From an uncultured Planctomycetia bacterium (lineage in GTDB: Bacteria > Omnitrophota > Gorgyraeia > 2-02-FULL-51-18 > JAGOUK01): a stretch of 64,000 nt of DNA. The position numbers and the translations under genes are program-made. The stretch covers positions 2,039 through 66,038 of the forward strand of contig CAYSFB010000003.1 in assembly GCA_964430735.1 (NCBI GenBank), in the 5' to 3' direction. The first letter of the stretch is position 1. Every line of letters begins with the position of its first letter. Below are positions 40,108 to 48,716 of the stretch, in pieces. A model generated the notes under the pieces. The model was not told the origin of the DNA and searched no databases. It saw nothing but the letters and a program-made list of their open reading frames with translations.

Positions 40108-40989
40108 ATGGATAGCAGGATTTTGCAAGAATGTACTGATTTGGCTTTTAAAGGAAAGATTACTTTTCCCGAAGTCGTGCGGCGTATGGCCGATACTGGC
40201 GTGGAACGGTACTGCGCGGACCTGGTCACTTTTCAAAAAATCATTTATGCAGCTGATGGGCAGAATCACACCGTTGCGCTACCGCTGACGAACCCACCCG
40301 CAATCGCCCAGGAATTCTCGGCCGCCGGCGTGATCGAAGCCATCCGGACCATCCAAAAGGGTGGGATCGACTACCCGGAATTCCTGAGGCGTATCATGAA
40401 ATCAGGAACCGTCTTTTATGACGTGTTCATCCGCGGGGGGAAGACCATTTATGTGGGGCGGAACGGGGATTTTCACGTGGAAACTTTTCCAATATCCAAG
40501 GAGGGCAATATCATGGCAAACGCAATTCCTAATGGGTATCGTTCCGTGACTCCGAGCATGACGTTCAAAGACACTCAGAAGGCGCTCGACTTCTACAAAA
40601 AAGCGTTCGGCGCGAAAGTGATGGACCTGTTTCCGAGCCCGGCCGGCAAGGGCATCATGCACGCGACGATGCAGATTGGCGACTCGATCGTCATGATGGG
40701 CGACGAGATGCCGACCTGCAAGAGCGCGGAGACGATGGGCGGTTCGCCCATGGGGCTTTTCATCTACGTGCCGAATGTGGACGAGGTGTTCCAGCAGGCG
40801 GTGGCGGCGGGAGCCAAGGTGACGATGCCGGTGGCGGAGATGTTCTGGGGCGACCGCTGCGGGAACGTCAAAGACCCGTTCGGCTACGACTGGATGATCG
40901 CCACGCACACCAAGGACCTTTCCAAGGAAGAGATCCGCAAGGGTGGCGAGGCGTTTTTCGCTCAGATGGCCAACCAGAGCAAGTCGTAA
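40108..40989 (+). CDS. DUF1398 (YbcV-like) fused in frame to a VOC/glyoxalase (PhnB-like) domain
   Basis: N-terminal 135 aa match DUF1398 (...PEFLRRIMKSGTVFYDVFIRGG...). An internal AAGGAGG Shine-Dalgarno plus ATG at 40513 begins a complete PhnB-like VOC domain with no intervening stop. Confidence 0.6.
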   Translation: MDSRILQECTDLAFKGKITFPEVVRRMADTGVERYCADLVTFQKIIYAADGQNHTVALPLTNPPAIAQEFSAAGVIEAIRTIQKGGIDYPEFLRRIMKSGTVFYDVFIRGGKTIYVGRNGDFHVETFPISKEGNIMANAIPNGYRSVTPSMTFKDTQKALDFYKKAFGAKVMDLFPSPAGKGIMHATMQIGDSIVMMGDEMPTCKSAETMGGSPMGLFIYVPNVDEVFQQAVAAGAKVTMPVAEMFWGDRCGNVKDPFGYDWMIATHTKDLSKEEIRKGGEAFFAQMANQSKS

Positions 40990-41024
40990 GTCAATAAGAC
41001 CCGCGCCAGGCGAATCATAAGCTC

Positions 41025-41258
41025 ATGAAAAGATCGACGAACCCGCTGGATGGCATGACTCTGGAGAAGATTCTGGAGCGGCTGGTTCAGGAGTATGGCT
41101 GGGCCGAGTTGGGGCGGAAGGTCAAGATCCGCTGCTTCAATGCGGACCCGAGCATCAAGTCGAGCCTGACCTTTTTGCGTAAGACGCCCTGGGCGCGGAC
41201 GAAAGTCGAACAGCTTTTTATTGCGCTTCCAACACGGTACATCAAGAAGCCCAGTTGA
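41025..41258 (+). CDS. DUF2132 (VF530-like) small protein
   Basis: [28 protein letters not shown]...[18 protein letters not shown]. Confidence 0.65.
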   Translation: MKRSTNPLDGMTLEKILERLVQEYGWAELGRKVKIRCFNADPSIKSSLTFLRKTPWARTKVEQLFIALPTRYIKKPS

Positions 41259-41269
41259 GGGAGGGGATT

Positions 41270-41560
41270 ATGAGGCAAAAACTGAACGCTTTATTCATCG
41301 CCCTGATGCACGTCGCCTTTTACCCCGCGGCGGCGATTGCTGCAGCATTGCCCTGCTCCGAGGAGTACGGCAGGATGAATGAGGCGTCCCTTCTGATGGC
41401 GTCGCCGGACCTCAAGCCCGAAGCCATTGAAGAAGCGCAGAGGATTCTCGATGAGTGGCAGCCCAAGTATGATGCGTGCGTGAGTGATTACGGCGAGCGC
41501 AACGGCGCTGACGCACGGGCTGATTTGGAAGTCCGGCTCGCCGCGGGAGGGCAGTCCTGA
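41270..41560 (+). CDS. Hypothetical secreted protein
   Basis: GGAGGGG RBS before ATG 41270; signal-like ALFIALMHVAFYPAAAIAAA. Confidence 0.4.
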   Translation: MRQKLNALFIALMHVAFYPAAAIAAALPCSEEYGRMNEASLLMASPDLKPEAIEEAQRILDEWQPKYDACVSDYGERNGADARADLEVRLAAGGQS

Positions 41561-41862
41561 TGCGGCTCACCGAAGGAAAGGGCTGGACGCTCAGCTCCGT
41601 CGACAGTTCACATCCTCAGCCCAAGCCGGCCCAGAAGGCCAATCCGAATTCGCCCAAGCCCCATATCCGCATCGAGAAACGCAACGGCAAGGCCGTCACG
41701 TGTATCGCCAATCTTCACACCTACGGTTCCGACCGTCTGGAGAAAATGGCCAAAGAGTGGAAGGCGCAATTCGGCACCGGCGGCACCGTCAAAGACGGTG
41801 TGATCGAGATCCAGGGCGACCGTGTCGCCGCCATCAAAGAATGGTTCGCCAAACAACGTTAG
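41560..41862 (+). CDS. yciH: Translation initiation factor SUI1/YciH family
   Basis: ...GKAVTCIANL...KEWKAQFGTGGTVKDGVIEIQGDRV... Confidence 0.8.
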   Translation: MRLTEGKGWTLSSVDSSHPQPKPAQKANPNSPKPHIRIEKRNGKAVTCIANLHTYGSDRLEKMAKEWKAQFGTGGTVKDGVIEIQGDRVAAIKEWFAKQR

Positions 41863-41871
41863 GAGGGAAGC

Positions 41872-42069
41872 ATGGCCGGTAAAGCTAGCAGCAATACCTC
41901 GAGTCTTAAAAAGATCAGCGCGAAGAAGGTCAAGGTCTTCAAGGTCCGCAACCGCCGCTGCTATGCGGCGATCTGCATGGACAACCTCTGCGAAGGGACC
42001 ACGCCTCAGCAGGCCGTCCGGCGCCTCTACCATCCGCTGCGGCGGATGGGGTTCGAGCTCGTCCTGTAA
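41872..42069 (+). CDS. Hypothetical small basic Cys-containing protein
   Basis: 65 aa with RRCYAAICMDNLCEG; GGAGGG RBS upstream. Confidence 0.35.
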   Translation: MAGKASSNTSSLKKISAKKVKVFKVRNRRCYAAICMDNLCEGTTPQQAVRRLYHPLRRMGFELVL

Positions 42070-42096
42070 CCCCCCCAGGCAGGCGAAGAATCCAGT

Positions 42097-42125
42097 TTGA
42101 CAACGCCGCGTCCTTCCGCTATCAT
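42097..42125 (+). promoter_or_regulatory. Sigma70-like promoter for rplM-rpsI
   Basis: TTGACA, 17 nt, TATCAT ~40 nt upstream of the rplM ATG. Confidence 0.55.
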
Positions 42126-42164
42126 ATGCGACTCTTAATCTCGTAAGGAATATAAGGATTTATC

Positions 42165-42626
42165 ATGAGCACAAGCACCGCTATCGGAAAAGACCGTTTG
42201 ACCGCCAAGGATTCTTGGTACATCGTCGACGGCAAAGACCAGGTTCTCGGACGTCTCGCGTCGTTTTTGGCGATGGCGCTCATGGGCAAAAACAAGCCCA
42301 CGTACACCCGTCACATCCCGAGCCGCACCCACATCATCGTCATCAACGCCGACAAGATCCGCGTCACCGGCAACAAGATGGACGACAAGATCTACAAGTA
42401 CTACTCCGGTTTTCCGAGCGGTCTGCGCGAAGCCAAGCTCAAGCAGGTGATCGCGAAGGATTCGACCCGGCCGATCAAAGAAGCCGTTTGGGGAATGCTC
42501 CCGAAGACGGCACTGGGTCATGACATGCGGACGAAGCTTTTCGTCTACAAAGACGCGACGCATCCGCACATCGCTCAGGCCCCTCAACCCCTGGCCGCAC
42601 CGGCCTCCGCAAAGGCGAAAAAGTAA
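42165..42626 (+). CDS. rplM: 50S ribosomal protein L13
   Basis: WYIVDGKDQVLGRLASFLAMALMGKNKPTYT... Confidence 0.95.
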   Translation: MSTSTAIGKDRLTAKDSWYIVDGKDQVLGRLASFLAMALMGKNKPTYTRHIPSRTHIIVINADKIRVTGNKMDDKIYKYYSGFPSGLREAKLKQVIAKDSTRPIKEAVWGMLPKTALGHDMRTKLFVYKDATHPHIAQAPQPLAAPASAKAKK

Positions 42627-43055
42627 ATGACAACCGAAGTCGAAAAGAAGCCGAAAAAAGCATCCGCCACCATCCTTGCGACCGCCACCGGCCGCCGGAA
42701 GACCTCTTCCGCGCGCGTGCGCATCGCCGAAGGCTCGGGCCAGATCACGATCAACGGCGAAAAGTCCACCGACTATCTTCATCGTCCGACGCTCCAGATG
42801 CACATCATGGAGCCGATGGAACTCCTCCAGTGCGCCACCAAGTATGACGTGTTCGTCAACGTCATGGGCGGCGGCAAGGCCGGACAGGCCGGAGCGATCC
42901 GTCACGGCATTTCGCGCTGCCTCGCGCAGCTCGATGAAAAGTTCCAGGTCGAGCTCCGAAAGGGACCGTTCATGACCCGCGACTCCCGTATGAAAGAACG
43001 CAAAAAATACGGTCAGCGCGGAGCACGTCGCCGGTTCCAGTTCTCGAAGCGTTAA
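42627..43055 (+). CDS. rpsI: 30S ribosomal protein S9
   Basis: ...[19 protein letters not shown]...KKYGQRGARRRFQFSKR. Confidence 0.95.
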   Translation: MTTEVEKKPKKASATILATATGRRKTSSARVRIAEGSGQITINGEKSTDYLHRPTLQMHIMEPMELLQCATKYDVFVNVMGGGKAGQAGAIRHGISRCLAQLDEKFQVELRKGPFMTRDSRMKERKKYGQRGARRRFQFSKR

Positions 43056-43076
43056 TCTCTCGACGATATCACTCAA

Positions 43077-43134
43077 AACGCACCCCGGCGCCTGTGCAGA
43101 CAGGGCAAGCCGGGGTGCGTTTTTTATTTTTCTC
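43077..43134 (+). terminator. Rho-independent terminator after rpsI
   Basis: AAACGCACCCCGGC...GCCGGGGTGCGTTTTTTATTTTT. Confidence 0.8.
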
Positions 43135-43181
43135 AACCTGTTGGAAATAAACGACTTACGTGTTTTTTACAAGCATTTTTA

Positions 43182-43209
43182 TTGACTCTGCAGAGCAGGG
43201 TGCTAAAAT
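43182..43209 (+). promoter_or_regulatory. Sigma70-like promoter for the arg operon
   Basis: TTGACT, 16 nt, TAAAAT upstream of argC. Confidence 0.5.
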
Positions 43210-43253
43210 AACGCGCAAGTTTTTTCCATCAACGACAAGAAAGCAAGAGTTAG

Positions 43254-44267
43254 GTGAAAAAGATCAGGGCCGGCATCGCCGGCGTCACCGGCTACAGCGG
43301 TGAAGAGCTTCTCAAAATTCTCGTCGACCATCCGCATGTCGAAGTGGCGTACGCCGCCGCGCACGCGGACCGCCAGCGCAAGATCCAGGAACTTTTTCCG
43401 TATCTCCAGGGAAAAATAGATTTGGACTGCAGGGTCATGAACGCCGATGACGCGGCGCGCGCGTGCGACGTGGTGTTTCTGGCGACGCCGCACGGTGCGT
43501 CGATGCAGGCCGCGCCCGCGATCCTCAAGGCCGGCAAACGCGTGGTCGACATCAGCGCGGATTACCGTCTCAAGAACGCCGCGTGGTATCCCGAGTATTA
43601 TCAGTTCGAGCACACCGACCCTGCGAACCTTCCGGGCGCCGTGTACGGGCTGTCCGAATACCGCCGCAAGGAAGTCGCGGGCGCGAAGCTCGTCGCGAAT
43701 CCCGGCTGTTATCCGACCGCCGTGCAGCTGGCGCTGTTGCCGCTCGTCGAAGCCGGCGTCGCGTGGACCGCGCCGTGCGTGATCGACGCCAAGAGCGGTG
43801 TGACCGGCGCCGGACGCAAGGCGTCGCAGTCGCTGCTTTTTTCCGAAATCGCGGAGAGCTTCAAGGCCTACAAGGTGCTCGGACATCAGCACGAGGCCGA
43901 GATCCGTCAGGGGCTGGGCACGGTGAACTTCGCCTTCATCCCGCACCTGCTGCCGATCAACCGCGGGATTCTCGCGACGATTTACGTGACGCCGTCCAAG
44001 CCGGTCGGCGCCGAGCAGCTGCGCTCGATTTTTGTTTCCAAGTACGCCGCCGAGCCCTTCGTGAAGGTGCTGCCGGCAGGAGAGTTTCCGGAGCTGCGGA
44101 ATGTGAACGGCACGAATCAGTGCCATATCGGCGTCGGCGTCCGCAAGGACACGGGCGTCCTGGTCATCATCTCGGCCATCGACAATCTCGTGAAAGGCGC
44201 GAGCGGACAGGCCGTCCAGAACATGAATCTCATGTTCGGGTTTGACGAAAAAGAGGGTCTAAAGTAA
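43254..44267 (+). CDS. argC: N-acetyl-gamma-glutamyl-phosphate reductase
   Basis: IAGVTGYSGEELLKIL...; GTG start. Confidence 0.9.
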   Translation: MKKIRAGIAGVTGYSGEELLKILVDHPHVEVAYAAAHADRQRKIQELFPYLQGKIDLDCRVMNADDAARACDVVFLATPHGASMQAAPAILKAGKRVVDISADYRLKNAAWYPEYYQFEHTDPANLPGAVYGLSEYRRKEVAGAKLVANPGCYPTAVQLALLPLVEAGVAWTAPCVIDAKSGVTGAGRKASQSLLFSEIAESFKAYKVLGHQHEAEIRQGLGTVNFAFIPHLLPINRGILATIYVTPSKPVGAEQLRSIFVSKYAAEPFVKVLPAGEFPELRNVNGTNQCHIGVGVRKDTGVLVIISAIDNLVKGASGQAVQNMNLMFGFDEKEGLK

Positions 44268-45500
44268 ATGAAAGAAGTGATTCGCGGCGGCATCACGGCG
44301 CCCCAGGGATTCAAGGCCAACGGAATTTTTTGCGGCATCAAGAAGTCCAAGAAGCGCGACCTCATGCTCATCGCATCGGACACTCCGTGCGTGGCCGCGG
44401 GCGTCTTTACGACCAACCAGCTCAAGGCCGCGTGCGTCCAGTTCAACATCAAGCAGCTCAAGAACAACCACGCGCAGGCGATTCTCGCCAACTCGGGCAA
44501 CGCCAACTGCCTCACCGGCCCTGCCGGCAAGCGGCACAACGCGCAAATGGCCGAGGCGGCCGCCAAGGCGCTCGGCATTGCGCCGTCTTTGGTCCTCACG
44601 GCGTCGACCGGCGTCATCGGCCAGCGGCTCCCGATCGACCGGGTGCTCGAAGGCATGCAGGAGCTCGCCGAGGGCGTGCGTACCGGGCAGCAGGCGTCTG
44701 AGGACGCGGCCGAGGCGATTCTGACGACCGACCTCGTGACCAAGGAAAAAGCTTACAAGATCCGCATCGGCGGACGCAGCGTCCGGATCGCGGCCATCTC
44801 CAAGGGCTCGGGGATGATGCATCCGTACATGACCGTGAACGGGCAGCGGCACGCGACGATGCTGTGCTTCGTGACCACCGACGCGGTGATCTCGGAAGCG
44901 GCGCTGAAGTCGGCCCTGAACCGCGCGGTGGGGAAGAGCTTCAACATGATCTCCGTCGACGGCGACCAGTCGACGAACGACATGGTGCTCGTGCTGGCCA
45001 ACGGCCGCGCGCGCAACCAGATGATCAAGGAGAAGACGCCCGAGTTCAACAAGTTTCTCGACGCGCTCGAAGACATCTGCGTCGACATGGCCAAGGCCAT
45101 GATCCGCGACGCCGAAGGCGCGACCAAGTTCGTCGAGATCGCGGTCAAGAATGCGAAGACCGCCGAAGACGCGCGCACGGTCGCGATGTCGATCGGCTGC
45201 TCCAACCTGGTGAAGACCGCGCTGTACGGCTGCGATCCGAACTGGGGCCGCATCGCAGCGAGCATCGGCTATTCCGCCGTGGGCGTCGACCCCCAGAAGC
45301 TTCAGATCAAGATCGGTTCGTTCACCGTCCTCAAGGGCGAGCAGGGCTACCGCGAGAACGAGGCGGCGCTGGCCAGGATTTTTCGCAAGCAGGACATCCG
45401 CATCACGGTGGATCTGGGCATCGGCAAGAAGAGCGCGACCATCTGGACGAGCGACCTGTCGACCCAGTACGTGAAGATCAACTCCGCGTACCGCACGTAA
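44268..45500 (+). CDS. argJ: Bifunctional glutamate N-acetyltransferase / amino-acid acetyltransferase
   Basis: ArgJ-family architecture with the self-cleavage-site region ...ATML. Confidence 0.9.
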   Translation: MKEVIRGGITAPQGFKANGIFCGIKKSKKRDLMLIASDTPCVAAGVFTTNQLKAACVQFNIKQLKNNHAQAILANSGNANCLTGPAGKRHNAQMAEAAAKALGIAPSLVLTASTGVIGQRLPIDRVLEGMQELAEGVRTGQQASEDAAEAILTTDLVTKEKAYKIRIGGRSVRIAAISKGSGMMHPYMTVNGQRHATMLCFVTTDAVISEAALKSALNRAVGKSFNMISVDGDQSTNDMVLVLANGRARNQMIKEKTPEFNKFLDALEDICVDMAKAMIRDAEGATKFVEIAVKNAKTAEDARTVAMSIGCSNLVKTALYGCDPNWGRIAASIGYSAVGVDPQKLQIKIGSFTVLKGEQGYRENEAALARIFRKQDIRITVDLGIGKKSATIWTSDLSTQYVKINSAYRT

Positions 45501-45529
45501 GCCCCATAGAAGGAAGCCGCAAGAGCACC

Positions 45530-46408
45530 ATGGAACAATCGCAGATCGAAAAAAACATCGCCAAGGCCGACGTGATGATTGAGGCCCTGCCGTACATCCA
45601 GAGCTTCTTCGAGAAAATCGTCATCATCAAGTACGGCGGTTCGGCGATGCTGGACGACACGATCCGCAAGGACGTTCTACAGGACATCGTATTCATGAAC
45701 TTCGTCGGCATGCGGCCCATCCTGGTCCACGGCGGCGGACCCTTCATCAACAAGAAGCTTGAGACGAAGGGCAAGAAGGCCGTGTTTATGAACGGCGTGC
45801 GCGTCACGGACGAAGATACGATGTCGGTTGTCGAAGAAGCCTTGACGGAAGTGAACCGCGAGATCGTGCGGGACCTGATTTCGCTCGGCGCCAGCTCCAT
45901 CTCCCTGTCCGGCAAGGACGACCATCTCATCATGACCCGGAAGCATCCGGAAGTCGACGGCGTCGACCTCGGCTACGTCGGTGAAGTGACCCAGTGCAAC
46001 GTCTCGATCCTGGAAAAGCTCGTGACCAGCGACATCATCCCGGTCATTTCGCCGATCGGGATCGGGAAAGACGGCTTCGCGTACAACGTCAACGCCGACA
46101 CCGCCGCGGCCGAGATTGCGCGCGAGCTCAAGGCGCTCAAGTTCGTGCTGCTCACGGACAAGGACGGGATCCTCGAAGACGTCCACAAGCCCGAAACGCT
46201 CATTTCTCAAGTGAAGGTCAACGAAGCCGAAGAATTGATCCAGAAGGGCATCGTCAAGGGCGGCATGATCCCGAAGGTGCGGGCCTGCCTGCGCGCGATG
46301 GACCGGGGCGTCAAAAAGTCCCACATCATCAACGGGACGATCCCGCACGCGATCCTGCTCGAAATCTTCACCGATAAGGGTATCGGAACCGAAATCGTCA
46401 AGCGGTAA
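45530..46408 (+). CDS. argB: Acetylglutamate kinase
   Basis: IVIIKYGGSAM...; internal ATG 45530 with GAAGGAAG RBS. Confidence 0.9.
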   Translation: MEQSQIEKNIAKADVMIEALPYIQSFFEKIVIIKYGGSAMLDDTIRKDVLQDIVFMNFVGMRPILVHGGGPFINKKLETKGKKAVFMNGVRVTDEDTMSVVEEALTEVNREIVRDLISLGASSISLSGKDDHLIMTRKHPEVDGVDLGYVGEVTQCNVSILEKLVTSDIIPVISPIGIGKDGFAYNVNADTAAAEIARELKALKFVLLTDKDGILEDVHKPETLISQVKVNEAEELIQKGIVKGGMIPKVRACLRAMDRGVKKSHIINGTIPHAILLEIFTDKGIGTEIVKR

Positions 46409-46410
46409 GC

Positions 46411-47631
46411 ATGAAAAACACTTCGAACGCTTCCAAGATCATTGATCAGTATTCGCAGTACGTCGTCGGCTGCTACACCAAGCAGCCGGTCGTGTTCACG
46501 CACGGCAAGGACGTCTGGCTCTGGGATTCCAACGGCCGCAAATTCCTTGATTATTTTTCGGGTTGGGCTGTTTCGGGTCTCGGCCACTGCCACCCGATCG
46601 TTTCGAAGGCGATCCAGAAGCAGGCGGGCGAGATGATCCATCTGCCGAACAATTTTTATCACGCGGGCCAGGGCGCTCTCGCCGAAGCGATCGTGAAGCG
46701 CGCTTTTCCCGGAAAGGTGTTCTTCTGCAACTCGGGCGCGGAAGCGGTCGAGGGCGCGATCAAGCTCGCGCGCGCGTACGGCTTTGCGTCCAAGCGCACC
46801 GAGATCATCACGATGTTCCGCTCGTTCCACGGCCGGACCATGGGCGCCATGTCGGCGACGGGGCAGGTGAAGTACCAGAAGGGCGTGCGGCCCCTGCTCG
46901 GCGGGTTCAAGATGGTGCCGCTGAACGACCTCGAGCTCCTCAAGAAGGCGATCACGAAGAAGACGATCGCGATCATGCTCGAGCCCGTGCAGGGCGAGGG
47001 CGGCGTCAACATCGCCTCCGACGAGTATCTCCGGTTCATCGACAAGTTGCGCCGCGAGCGCGACATTCTTTACATCGCCGACGAGGTGCAGACGGGCTTC
47101 GGGCGCACGGGCGAGTGGTTCGGCTTCCAGCACACCGGCATCGTTCCGGACATCATGACGCTGGCCAAGTCGCTGGGCGGGGGATTCCCGATCGGCGCGC
47201 TGGTCGCGGGCAAAAAAGTCCAGGACGTGTTCAAGCCCGGGATGCACGCGAGCACCTTCGGCGGAAGCCCGATCGCCTGCGCGGCCGCGCTCGGCGTGGT
47301 CGAGGCGATTGAGAAGGAAAAAATCCTGCCGCACGCGCGGAAGATGGGCACGTACCTCGTCAAGGGGCTCGCGCGGCTCAAGGCCAAGTATCCCGCGCTC
47401 GTCAAAGACGTGCGCGGCAAGGGGCTGCTCGCCGCCATGGAACTCACGGTGCCGGGCAAGCCCGTTTACGACTTTTGCTTCAAGGAAGCAATTTTGATCA
47501 ATGTCACCCAGGACAGCGTTGTGCGTCTGGCGCCGCCTCTCACCGTGAAAACGGCCGAGTCGGACCGCCTGCTCGCAACATTGGACCGGGCCTTGGCGCA
47601 GCTGGCTGCGTCCCAGGGCGCCTCTAACTAA
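46411..47631 (+). CDS. argD: Acetylornithine aminotransferase
   Basis: Class-III aminotransferase motifs. Confidence 0.9.
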   Translation: MKNTSNASKIIDQYSQYVVGCYTKQPVVFTHGKDVWLWDSNGRKFLDYFSGWAVSGLGHCHPIVSKAIQKQAGEMIHLPNNFYHAGQGALAEAIVKRAFPGKVFFCNSGAEAVEGAIKLARAYGFASKRTEIITMFRSFHGRTMGAMSATGQVKYQKGVRPLLGGFKMVPLNDLELLKKAITKKTIAIMLEPVQGEGGVNIASDEYLRFIDKLRRERDILYIADEVQTGFGRTGEWFGFQHTGIVPDIMTLAKSLGGGFPIGALVAGKKVQDVFKPGMHASTFGGSPIACAAALGVVEAIEKEKILPHARKMGTYLVKGLARLKAKYPALVKDVRGKGLLAAMELTVPGKPVYDFCFKEAILINVTQDSVVRLAPPLTVKTAESDRLLATLDRALAQLAASQGASN

Positions 47632-47649
47632 CACCGGGAGTAGCAGCAC

Positions 47650-48660
47650 ATGGCAACGAAGTCTAAAAAATCCTCACCCGCGAAGAAGGCCGACAAATCG
47701 GCGCCCGCCGTGAGAAAGCCCAAGGGTCCGTTCGCCGAGAAGGACCTGCTGTCGCTGAAAAGTCTCGTCGCGGACGACGTGACGCAGCTGTTCAAGCTCA
47801 CCGACGCGATGAAGAAGTCGCCGGAACGTTTCCACAACACGCTGCGCGGCAAGACGCTCGGCCTGCTGTTCCAGAAGCCTTCCAGCCGCACCCGCGTGTC
47901 GTTTGAAGTGGGCATGGCCCAGCTCGGCGGCCAGGCGATCTATCTTTCCGACAACGAAGTGCAGATGGGCGTCCGTGAACCCATCCGCGACGTCGCCCGT
48001 ACGCTGGCCGGCTACTTCGACGGCATCGTCCTGCGCACGCATGCGCACGCCAACGTCGAGGAGTTTGCCAAGTTCGCGTCGGTTCCGGTGATCAACGGCC
48101 TTTCCGACACGGAGCACCCGTGCCAGATCCTCTCGGACTTTTACACGATCTACGCGAAGTACGGCAAGCTCAAGGGCATCAACGTCACGTACATCGGCGA
48201 CAGCAACAACGTGCTGATCTCGATGCTGTACGGTGCGGCGGTCACGGGCGTGAACCTGTCGATCGTGACGCCCCGCGGCTACGAGCCCTCGGAAGAGCTG
48301 ATGAAGGACATCAAGATCCTGTCCAAGGATTCCGGGGCTAAGTTCCAGATGTCCAACAGCCCGTTCGCGTCGCTCAAGAACGCGCACGTGATTTACACGG
48401 ACGTGTGGGTCAGCATGGGCCAGGAGCGCCAGAAGGAACAGCGCCTGCGCGACTTCCAGTCGTTCCAGGTGAACCAGACGATCGCGTCCAAGGCCCTGCC
48501 CGACGCGCTCGTCATGCACTGTCTGCCGGCGCACCGCGGCGAAGAAATCACCGACGAGGTGATCGAAGGGCCGCACTCGATCGTGTTCGAGCAGGCGCAC
48601 AACAAGATGCACGTCCAGAAGGCGCTTTTGTCGTACATGCTCGGCCGGAAAAAGAAATAA
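47650..48660 (+). CDS. argF: Ornithine carbamoyltransferase (or N-acetylornithine carbamoyltransferase) with a Lys-rich N-terminal extension
   Basis: STRTR and HCLP carbamoyltransferase motifs; the first ~35 aa are MATKSKKSSPAKKADKSAPAVRKPKG. Confidence 0.85.
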   Translation: MATKSKKSSPAKKADKSAPAVRKPKGPFAEKDLLSLKSLVADDVTQLFKLTDAMKKSPERFHNTLRGKTLGLLFQKPSSRTRVSFEVGMAQLGGQAIYLSDNEVQMGVREPIRDVARTLAGYFDGIVLRTHAHANVEEFAKFASVPVINGLSDTEHPCQILSDFYTIYAKYGKLKGINVTYIGDSNNVLISMLYGAAVTGVNLSIVTPRGYEPSEELMKDIKILSKDSGAKFQMSNSPFASLKNAHVIYTDVWVSMGQERQKEQRLRDFQSFQVNQTIASKALPDALVMHCLPAHRGEEITDEVIEGPHSIVFEQAHNKMHVQKALLSYMLGRKKK

Positions 48661-48716
48661 GCGGTTTCCGTAAACTTTTTGGTCAAAACTAAAACATAAA
48701 GGACTCGTCACTCAAC

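Noticed and set aside
37391-40142. Imperfect 20-nt direct repeat flanking the low-GC island as a bona fide att site
   Set aside because: Only 14 of 20 identical and within AT-rich sequence, where such matches arise by chance. I kept it as a note inside a finding, not as a feature.
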